From a bacterium (GTDB lineage: Bacteria; Patescibacteriota; UBA1384; 2-12-FULL-50-11): 64,000 bases of DNA. Numbering within the stretch: the stretch's first letter is position 1; each line of letters opens with the position of its first letter. Positions 46,996 to 54,151 of the stretch are shown here, piece by piece. The notes beneath the pieces were generated by a model. That model made no database searches, was not told where the DNA came from, and saw nothing but the letters and a program-made list of their open reading frames with translations. Made by a program: the position numbers and the translations under genes. The DNA lies in contig JAJTYJ010000001.1 in the NCBI GenBank assembly GCA_021463485.1, forward strand, positions 65,378 through 129,377, in the 5' to 3' direction.

Positions 46996-47964
46996 TTGGC
47001 GTGGAAAAATTACCGCCGAGGCAAGCGGAAGAAAGAGGACATTCAGCTTTTCGAGTATCGCTTAGAAGACAACGTCTTCGCTTTGCACCGGGATTTAATT
47101 GACGGAACCTATAGCCCCGGCAGTTACCAGCAGTTCCGTATCACTGATCCGAAGTTGCGTCTGATCAGTAAGGCCAGCGTCAGGGACCGACTCGTTCACC
47201 AGGCGATCTACCAGATTCTTTACCCCCTGTACGACATGACCTTTATTTCCGATTCGTACGCCTGTCGGAAAGACATGGGAACGCATCGAGCGTTTCGCGA
47301 ACTGGTCGACCACGCTCGCCGAGTCAGCAAAAACTACACGGCTCCTTGTTGGGCTATTAAGATGGATATTAAAAAGTTCTTTGACAGTGTTAACCACGAA
47401 ATTCTCAAGAAAATATTAAGAGAACGAATCGGCGACCATCGACTGTTACAGTTGCTCGATCAAATCATCGACAGTTTCGATGTCACGCCCGGGAACGGCA
47501 TGCCGCTCGGCAATCTGACTAGCCAATTGTTCGCCAACGTCTACATGGATCCGTTAGATAAGTTCGTCAAACATAAGCTCAACGCGTCGCACTATCTGCG
47601 ATACGCCGACGATTTTCTATTGCTAGGGCAAAATCCGGAAGAGCTGATCGGCTACTTCGTGGAAATTACCCGATTCTTACGTGAACGGCTGGACTTAAAC
47701 GTTCACCCGACTAAATCGACGCTTCGGAAACTCAATTGGGGAATCGATTTCGTCGGCTACGTCGCCCGGCCGCATCACAGCGTTCCGCGAGCGCGAACCG
47801 TTCGTCGGATTGATCGAATTTTAACAAGGCACATGAGGGACGATCCGGATAAGATTAAATACAGCGTCCCGTCGTATATCGGTTACCTTTGCCACGTGCG
47901 CAGCCAAAAGCTGATTAAACATTTGGTCGGTATCGCTGCGGCTGCTGACAAGGGTGGTACTTAA
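46996..47964 (+). CDS. DGR reverse transcriptase
   Basis: RDRLVHQA, DIKKFFDS, GMPLGNLTSQLFAN, RYADD and IDFVGY motifs; no maturase or endonuclease tail. The frame is open upstream to 46921. Confidence 0.93.
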   Translation: MAWKNYRRGKRKKEDIQLFEYRLEDNVFALHRDLIDGTYSPGSYQQFRITDPKLRLISKASVRDRLVHQAIYQILYPLYDMTFISDSYACRKDMGTHRAFRELVDHARRVSKNYTAPCWAIKMDIKKFFDSVNHEILKKILRERIGDHRLLQLLDQIIDSFDVTPGNGMPLGNLTSQLFANVYMDPLDKFVKHKLNASHYLRYADDFLLLGQNPEELIGYFVEITRFLRERLDLNVHPTKSTLRKLNWGIDFVGYVARPHHSVPRARTVRRIDRILTRHMRDDPDKIKYSVPSYIGYLCHVRSQKLIKHLVGIAAAADKGGT

Positions 47965-48098
47965 ACGGGCTTTTTGTAGGTTTCCAGTTTTTCGATCTCT
48001 TCTTTGGTTTTGGCTTCGTAATTGCATTGAGAGCAACGAAAGTAGGTATCGGTTTTAATCATCGTACCTTTGCATTTCGGACATTTTCGGTAGAGCAT
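47961..48098 (-). CDS. Small zinc-ribbon protein (45 aa)
   Basis: Manual translation MLYRKCPKCKGTMIKTDTYFRCSQCNYEAK... Confidence 0.6.
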   Translation of the reverse strand: MLYRKCPKCKGTMIKTDTYFRCSQCNYEAKTKEEIEKLETYKKPV

Positions 48099-48181
48099 TA
48101 TTCTTTACTATCATATAAAGCCGCTTCTGATAACAAACGCCTCTATTGTAGGGTCATGACATTACAGGTTAGAATCAATCT

Positions 48182-48394
48182 ATGAATGAGCAAGAGCTAA
48201 AAAAAGTCTTTCTAAATCCTTTTTACGCTATCCAATTTGCTCCGTATCTGACGAGTGAGCACGAACCAATGGTCTCAAAAGAGGAGTGGATTGCCGCTAA
48301 CATCAAGCTTATGGACGAACTGGGCAAAGAAGAGTGGCTTCGACAGTTGTTAGAAGTGCTTGAATCGAGCAACCCACCGTCAGCCGAAAAGTAG
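48182..48394 (+). CDS. Hypothetical protein
   Basis: TAGAAT 6 nt before the ATG; 70-aa ORF. Confidence 0.65.
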   Translation: MNEQELKKVFLNPFYAIQFAPYLTSEHEPMVSKEEWIAANIKLMDELGKEEWLRQLLEVLESSNPPSAEK

Positions 48395-48461
48395 TAGCTA
48401 GTATCTATTTACTGGGCTTATAATACTATACGTGTGATACAAAAATGGCTATGATACGACC

Positions 48462-48680
48462 ATGAAAAATCAGAACTCCGCGAAAATCCGTAAAGAGCTT
48501 GGCGAAAAGATCCGCAAAGCCCGCGAGAAAGCCAAGCTCACCCAAGCCGATGTCGCTAAAGCGGCCGATATTGATGTAACTTACTTTTCTCGGATCGAGC
48601 GCGGCGAAGCCAATCCCTCCTACGAAATTCTCCACAACATCCTATCAATCCTTAAGGTAGACTCCTTCAAGATTAAGTAG
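48462..48680 (+). CDS. XRE family HTH regulator
   Basis: IRKAREKAKLTQADVA...YFSRIERGEANPS. Confidence 0.9.
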   Translation: MKNQNSAKIRKELGEKIRKAREKAKLTQADVAKAADIDVTYFSRIERGEANPSYEILHNILSILKVDSFKIK

Positions 48681-48896
48681 TCTCCTCCTGGTACACTTTC
48701 ATTATCTGGTCAACCCATGACAAAAGGTGTTCTAAACAAGTTGCATTAGGGCGACAGTATTGGCGAGAACCAGGTTCGATTTCGACGGAACGAAGTGGAG
48801 GAGAAACCCTGAGCGAAGCGAAGGTATGCCTCTCACCCCGACGGTATTACCGAGAACCAGGTTGTGCGGAGAGAAAAATTAGAATACAACAAAAAT

Positions 48897-49319
48897 ATGA
48901 TTACATTCTTGCGACAAAACGCACTCCGGATCGCCTGGGTTATCGCGCTAGCCGCTACGATCGGCTCACTCTATTTTAGCGAGGTGGCAGGATACGCGCC
49001 GTGCATCCTTTGTTGGTATCAACGCATCACGATGTATCCGCTCGTTGTTTTCTTATTGGTTGCGATCGTCCGCAAAGACCAAAACATCGCCGCCTATGTG
49101 CTACCATTCACTATCATCGGTGGGTTAATTAGCGTCTATCACAATCTGTTGTACTACAACGTGTTAGAGGAGTCCGAGGCGTCGTGTCGTTTCGGCGTTT
49201 CTTGCACAACAAAATTTATTGAGTGGTTTGGGTTTGTGACGATTCCGCTTCTGTCGTTACTAGCGTTTGCCGCTATCACCGGCTTTGTCTTACTAGCACG
49301 TAAGTTCCCGCAAAAGTAA
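48897..49319 (+). CDS. dsbB: Disulfide bond formation protein (DsbB/BdbC)
   Basis: GSLYFSE...PCILCWYQR; second Cys pair. Confidence 0.9.
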   Translation: MITFLRQNALRIAWVIALAATIGSLYFSEVAGYAPCILCWYQRITMYPLVVFLLVAIVRKDQNIAAYVLPFTIIGGLISVYHNLLYYNVLEESEASCRFGVSCTTKFIEWFGFVTIPLLSLLAFAAITGFVLLARKFPQK

Positions 49320-50057
49320 CTACTCAAAAAACGTCAGCAGCCACATCGAGGCGATTCCGATACTAATAGCACCAAGCTGCGAAATGGTTTTAGACACTGT
49401 TAGATCTTCGCTAATTTTTCGAAGGAGAATCACGATCATGTAGAAGAAGCCGCCCGCCGTAAATGCAAGCGTCTTAATTGCAAACTCATCGTTATTAAAC
49501 CCGTACGTCACCGCTAGTATCATGCCGACGATCGCAAAAAGTCCCGAAAGGAAGTTCCAAAGCAGCGCGCCCCATTTACTAAAATTGGCCTCGCGCAGAA
49601 TTCCGTAGTCGCCTAGTTCTTGCGGTATCTCGTGCAACACTACCGCCATCGTCGTAGCGTAACCGGTAGACGGTGAGATTAAATACGAAGCGGCGATCAA
49701 TAAGCCATCGATCAAATTATGCAAACCGTCCGCCAGGAGATTGAGCCAACCGATCGGCTCTATGCGCTCTGATTGATTCGGGGTATGGCGATGTCGCCAG
49801 TGCAAAAGCTTCTCGAAAATAAAAAATAACGCGAAACCAGCTACGGTGTATAACCCGGCAATTCGTCCCAACTCTTCGAAAGATTCGGGTAATAAGTGAA
49901 AAATAGCGTCCCCGAACAGCGCGCCGACTGCTAGCCCGATCAACCATTGGATCGGATTCTTGAGTCGCTCTTCGCTTATTGCCAGCGTTACAACACCGAT
50001 CAATGAAATAGCGCTGACGATAACGACACTAAGTAACGACTGCTGCCAAACTTCCAT
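49320..50057 (-). CDS. ZIP family metal transporter
   Basis: HLLPE, DGLHNLIDG and HEIPQELGD motifs. Confidence 0.92.
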   Translation of the reverse strand: MEVWQQSLLSVVIVSAISLIGVVTLAISEERLKNPIQWLIGLAVGALFGDAIFHLLPESFEELGRIAGLYTVAGFALFFIFEKLLHWRHRHTPNQSERIEPIGWLNLLADGLHNLIDGLLIAASYLISPSTGYATTMAVVLHEIPQELGDYGILREANFSKWGALLWNFLSGLFAIVGMILAVTYGFNNDEFAIKTLAFTAGGFFYMIVILLRKISEDLTVSKTISQLGAISIGIASMWLLTFFE

Positions 50058-50117
50058 GGAATTACATTGTAGCCAACCAGCGTAGAATAATACACCGAGC
50101 TGTATTACTATTGCCTG

Positions 50118-50618
50118 GTGAAAAGAAATATCCCAATACTTACTGCGTTTATTCTATTAGTCGTCGTTGGCTTTGCTGTTCATAGGAACCAAACGAACGA
50201 ATCGCCGCTCTCGTTTGAAGCCACAACTAATAGCTCGTTAACTGCGGTGACGGTTAACGACAAAACGTTTACCGTCGAGATCGCACAAACGGAGGAGCAA
50301 AAAGCCCAGGGGTTGTCCGGCCGCGAAACATTAGACAAAAACAGCGGCATGATCTTTGTTTTTGTACCGACGACGATCCCGACGTTTTGGATGCGTGATA
50401 TGAAGTTCGCGCTCGATTTTGTTTGGATTAGTGAGAATTTAGAAGTAGTTGATATCACACGAAACGTCCCACCGCCCGAACCAAACACGCCGCTTGCAGC
50501 GTTGCCGCAATATTCACCAAAAAGCGAGGTCAAGTACGTTTTAGAGATTAATGCCGGTCAAGCTGATGGCATCTCAATCGGTGATCGCGTTACGATACTT
50601 AATACCAGCGCCTTATGA
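50118..50618 (+). CDS. DUF192 domain protein
   Basis: GLSGR...GMIFVF...FWMRDMKFALD...YVLEINAG. Confidence 0.88.
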   Translation: MKRNIPILTAFILLVVVGFAVHRNQTNESPLSFEATTNSSLTAVTVNDKTFTVEIAQTEEQKAQGLSGRETLDKNSGMIFVFVPTTIPTFWMRDMKFALDFVWISENLEVVDITRNVPPPEPNTPLAALPQYSPKSEVKYVLEINAGQADGISIGDRVTILNTSAL

Positions 50619-50935
50619 ATAGTTCGTTTGAGCAGAAGGTTCTAGGCGTTATTAAGCTAATACCTAGCGGTAGGGTTGCAAGCTACGGCCAGATCGCTGC
50701 TATGTGTCGCTCGCCTCGAGCTGCTAGAACTGTGGGATGGATCTTGCGCCACTCTCAACAAGAGCTGCCGTGGCACCGCGTCGTTGCTTCCGACGGCCGG
50801 ATCTCAATTTCGAACATTAACATTCCAGCTAGTCAGCAAGCAGCGATGCTCGAGCAAGAGGGGATTGAAATCTTAGAGAAAAAGGGTCACCTTTGGGTTG
50901 ATAAGAAAAACTTTTGGGATGGAACCAACTCGTAA
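50615..50935 (+). CDS. Alkyltransferase-like protein (Atl/YbaZ)
   Basis: IPSGRVASYGQIA...ARTVG...PWHRV (Trp in place of the catalytic Cys). Confidence 0.88.
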   Translation: MNSSFEQKVLGVIKLIPSGRVASYGQIAAMCRSPRAARTVGWILRHSQQELPWHRVVASDGRISISNINIPASQQAAMLEQEGIEILEKKGHLWVDKKNFWDGTNS

Positions 50936-51269
50936 TAATTTGAAAATCGGTGAGTGGGCGTTTTTGGCTGGGATCGTCTTAGCGGTAGCACTAGCAGTCT
51001 TCCCCGGACCCCACGACTTTACAACCCCTGGCCTAGTGTTGGGTGTTCTCGGGTTAATTGTCGGGCTTGTTAATATAAGTAGCAACGAAACACAGCCGTT
51101 TCTGGTTGCCTCAATCACTCTTCTACTAGCCGGAAGTGCTGGTCTGGAAGTATTCCCAAGTCTCGGTTGGGCAATTAGTAATATCTTGTTAAACATCAGC
51201 CAATTCGTGGCTCCTGCTGCGATGATTGTAGCGTTGAAAACCGTGCTGGATATCGCCCGTAAAGCCTAA
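50919..51269 (+). CDS. Small polytopic membrane protein
   Basis: Four hydrophobic segments. Confidence 0.65.
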   Translation: MEPTRNNLKIGEWAFLAGIVLAVALAVFPGPHDFTTPGLVLGVLGLIVGLVNISSNETQPFLVASITLLLAGSAGLEVFPSLGWAISNILLNISQFVAPAAMIVALKTVLDIARKA

Positions 51270-51305
51270 CAATTATCGGTTATTTTGGTAAAATTACAGG
51301 GAACC

Positions 51306-51376
51306 GCGGGAGTGGTTCAATGGTAGAACTCCTGCCTTCCAAGCAGGTGACGCGGGTTCGATTCCCGTCTCCCGCT
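51306..51376 (+). tRNA. tRNA-Gly(TCC)
   Basis: GCGGGAG/CTCCCGC acceptor; CCTGC-CTTCCAA-GCAGG anticodon arm. Confidence 0.95.
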
Positions 51377-51441
51377 CAATGATTATTGCTACAAAAGAGG
51401 GAACCGAGCGCTAGCTCGTATTCCCGTCTCCCGCTCAATGA
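51361..51441 (+). repeat. 22-bp duplication of the tRNA-Gly 3' end with an internal hairpin
   Basis: ATTCCCGTCTCCCGCTCAATGA at 51361-51382 and 51420-51441. Confidence 0.92.
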
Positions 51442-51710
51442 AAAAGTATTGGTTTGTGCGCAAAACCTACGGCTGGGGTTGGACGCCTGGCTCCTGGCAA
51501 GGCTGGGCAATTATGGGTGTGTACTTTGGTGGGGTTGCAAATATTGTCTTGAAAGCCGATCAATCAAACGAATCGACAGAATACATAACGAACAACTTAC
51601 TCATTCCAATTACTGTTTTAACGATCGCTCTATTAATTATTACGTATCTAACTGGCGAGAAGCCGAAATGGCAGTGGGGAAAAGAGAAAAATGAAAAACA
51701 AAAACATTGA
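51438..51710 (+). CDS. Small membrane protein (YGWGWTP..WQGW type)
   Basis: Trp-rich motif, 2 TM. Confidence 0.75.
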   Translation: MKKYWFVRKTYGWGWTPGSWQGWAIMGVYFGGVANIVLKADQSNESTEYITNNLLIPITVLTIALLIITYLTGEKPKWQWGKEKNEKQKH

Positions 51711-51930
51711 GTTAATCGGTTGGATCGGAGTGGTTATGATCGTCGGCGCGTTTGCGCTTAACACGCTCGCAATCTCCGGACCAGATTCTCTCACATACCT
51801 ATTACTAAACTTTGTTGGTTCAGTTGCAATTATTATCAGCTCTCTTTCAAAAAAGGATTACCAACCAGCTACGTTAAATATAATTTGGGCGGCAATAGCA
51901 ATTGTGGGAATAGTTCGGGCATTACTTTAA
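51691..51930 (+). CDS. Small 3-TM membrane protein (CBU_0592-like)
   Basis: IGWIG...YLLLNFVGS...LNIIW. Confidence 0.7.
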   Translation: MKNKNIELIGWIGVVMIVGAFALNTLAISGPDSLTYLLLNFVGSVAIIISSLSKKDYQPATLNIIWAAIAIVGIVRALL

Positions 51931-51982
51931 CTAGCAGCTCCAGACTAGATTTTCTCTATAAAACAAGTATACTGCCGATAGA

Positions 51983-52351
51983 ATGTCACGTTTACTAAAA
52001 ATAATTTTGATCGGGATTTTCATTGTATTTATGGTTGGTACTGTCTGGGCTTTTCTTGCGTTGCGCCAGCCAAAACAGGAACAGAAGGCTAATAACGATC
52101 CAAATATTCCACAGACGTCCGAGCAGAAGAAAGAGTCGCCGACACAACCAGCGCCTACTATTACTACCAGCACTACAGACAAGGGCTTTGCTGAAACTCC
52201 AAAAAGGAAGAGCACCCCAGCGACCAATCGAACGTATACAACGTATACCACTACTTACTACTACGAGTATTCCAGTGATGCTTCTGCATCAGCGTCCGCT
52301 AGCGCTAGCGCCGGCGGTAGCTCGGCTCACGCCGAAGCACACGCGGAATAA
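51983..52351 (+). CDS. Membrane-anchored low-complexity protein
   Basis: N-terminal TM; Thr/Tyr run; (AS)n tail. Confidence 0.6.
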   Translation: MSRLLKIILIGIFIVFMVGTVWAFLALRQPKQEQKANNDPNIPQTSEQKKESPTQPAPTITTSTTDKGFAETPKRKSTPATNRTYTTYTTTYYYEYSSDASASASASASAGGSSAHAEAHAE

Positions 52352-52378
52352 CGCAACTTACAATCAGGAGAAGCAACA

Positions 52379-52999
52379 TTGGCAAATGCAAGTCGATATT
52401 TTAGTTTCGTCCTCTCGCTCTTCCCGATAACACTCTGGGTCGAGCGCGGCGAAGATCACCCTTCGTACAACTCCCAAAGAGACCAGAAACGTCTCAACTG
52501 GAAGACTCGTCGTTTTCTCAAAAAGCGCGACAGGTTCCTGAAAGCCGAGGAAGAATTGCGCGATGCTCGGAACCGTTTGATGGACGAGGTAGGAGAAAGC
52601 GTTCGCTATGTTGAGATCGTCATCGACGGTCACACGTACCGAATCTTACTCGGATACTCTGAGCTTGAAGGTGACCCGGCCGCGGTGGCAGCCGCACTTG
52701 GTAATGAAAACCGAGCAATCTTTGACAAGGCGCTCGAGCGAAACTTCGTCGCTACTGTGACTATTCCATACAAGTTAACGTTTAGCGTCCAACGTATCGT
52801 CGAAGCGATTCAGGCAGTAGTCGCCAAAAAAGGTGGTCGCGTCGAGTATGACCAGCGTGAACCGATTAAGCAGCGGATCAATCGCGGCATTCTAGAATTC
52901 TGGTGCGACACTAAGTCGATTCCGTTTCCAGACGACGCATTCCCAGATCGTCGCTACGCCCGCACCTACGTTGATCCGGTCAAGAAACTGGATTGGTAG
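52379..52999 (+). CDS. Hypothetical protein
   Basis: AGGAG SD before TTG; terminator downstream. Confidence 0.65.
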   Translation: MANASRYFSFVLSLFPITLWVERGEDHPSYNSQRDQKRLNWKTRRFLKKRDRFLKAEEELRDARNRLMDEVGESVRYVEIVIDGHTYRILLGYSELEGDPAAVAAALGNENRAIFDKALERNFVATVTIPYKLTFSVQRIVEAIQAVVAKKGGRVEYDQREPIKQRINRGILEFWCDTKSIPFPDDAFPDRRYARTYVDPVKKLDW

Positions 53000-53004
53000 C
53001 GCCA

Positions 53005-53031
53005 AACCCCTCTTCGGAGGGTTCTTTTTTT
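53005..53031 (+). terminator. Rho-independent terminator
   Basis: CCCTC-TTCG-GAGGG followed by a T-tract. Confidence 0.75.
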
Positions 53032-53095
53032 ACCTGTTTTCCGGTAAAATATTGCAACGTCTGATCTTTAACATCACGACATCACGGAGGAAACC

Positions 53096-54118
53096 ATGCA
53101 ATTCATCGGTCGGTATTACCGACCCCTCATGAACGTAACGCGCGCCGGCGCGATCGCATCTGCTCACATGATGGGCTACAACGACCGGAAAGGCGCAGAC
53201 AAAATGGCTGTCGAAGCTATGGAGCGGGAATTCAACAGCCTGCCTTGCTGCTTCAATATCGTCTGTGGGGAAGGCGAGCGCGACAAGGCGCCGCTACTGT
53301 ACCACGGCCAACGACTAGGCGAAGGCGCGCAAGATGCACGCTTGCCGGTTGTTGATATCAGCATTGACCCGCTGGAAGGCACGAACCTCTGCGCGAACGC
53401 TCTACCAAACGCGGTCTCGATTCTCGCCGCAACCCCCGAAGGAGGCCAACGTCCGATACCCGATTGGTACTTGAAGAAGCTGGTCACTGGTCGCGACTCG
53501 AAGCAACACGTTGATATCACCTTCGGCGCGTTAAGAAACGCACGGGTCGTCGCGGAAACGCTCAACCGAGAGCCGAAAGAGATCACTATCGGTATTCTCG
53601 ACCGACCGCGCCATGAGAAGGACATGCAGTCGCTCAAAGACGCTGGATTTCGGCTGAAGCGAGTCCAGGACGGCGACATTCTGCTAGCACTAGCGGTAAT
53701 GATGGGCGAGAGCAACCTTCACATGCTCTGGGGAATCGGTGGCGCACCGGAAGGTGGAATTACCGCCATCGGCGCCGAAGCGTTGAACGGCGGTTTCCAA
53801 GCAATGGTTCCGCACGACGCTGAGCTCGATGAAAAGGATCTCTCGAAAAAGCCAGAACGACTGGAAGAGCGACTGCTGGAATGCGACTTTAAACGCTCAG
53901 AAGTATACGGTATCCGCGATTTCGTTCGATCGAACGAAATGCTGTTAACAGCAACAGCTGTCACCAACAGCGACATCATTCCCGACCTGCGAGGCGTTCG
54001 CTTCTTCTCGCACGGTGCACGCACATCAACAATCGTGATCGGTAAGAGTTTCGGCGTCCCTTTCAAGGACATGGTCGAAAACGTCACCGGCGACGAGAAC
54101 ACACTTTTCCGTCTGTAA
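53096..54118 (+). CDS. glpX: Fructose-1,6-bisphosphatase class II
   Basis: GEGERDKAPLL, IDPLEGT, LDRPRH, DGDI and GIGGAPEG motifs. Confidence 0.92.
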   Translation: MQFIGRYYRPLMNVTRAGAIASAHMMGYNDRKGADKMAVEAMEREFNSLPCCFNIVCGEGERDKAPLLYHGQRLGEGAQDARLPVVDISIDPLEGTNLCANALPNAVSILAATPEGGQRPIPDWYLKKLVTGRDSKQHVDITFGALRNARVVAETLNREPKEITIGILDRPRHEKDMQSLKDAGFRLKRVQDGDILLALAVMMGESNLHMLWGIGGAPEGGITAIGAEALNGGFQAMVPHDAELDEKDLSKKPERLEERLLECDFKRSEVYGIRDFVRSNEMLLTATAVTNSDIIPDLRGVRFFSHGARTSTIVIGKSFGVPFKDMVENVTGDENTLFRL

Positions 54119-54127
54119 CCAGACAAC

Positions 54128-54151
54128 ACCGGGCTTCGGCCCGGTTTTTTT
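54128..54151 (+). terminator. Rho-independent terminator
   Basis: ACCGGGC-TTCG-GCCCGGT followed by a T-tract. Confidence 0.8.

Larger units (their letters stand above)
25392..48842. mobile_element. Integrative conjugative element (~23 kb) at tRNA-Pro(TGG)
   Basis: Serine integrase at the tRNA; T4SS, coupling and relaxation genes; cargo; XRE regulator at the far end. tRNA 3' sequence CCTCTCACCCCGAC recurs at 48829-48842. Housekeeping genes resume after 48.9 kb. Confidence 0.88.

Noticed and set aside
46996-47964. RT as a group II intron, retron or CRISPR-associated RT
   Set aside because: Short RT with no maturase or endonuclease tail, an LGNLTSQ motif, and adjacent Avd and A-specific TR/VR; all point to a DGR.
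25400-48800. Prophage
   Set aside because: No capsid, terminase, portal or tail genes; the transfer genes indicate an ICE.
52230-52351. TAC/ACT and GCTAGC repeats as a DNA repeat element
   Set aside because: Explained by low-complexity Thr/Tyr and Ala-Ser coding.
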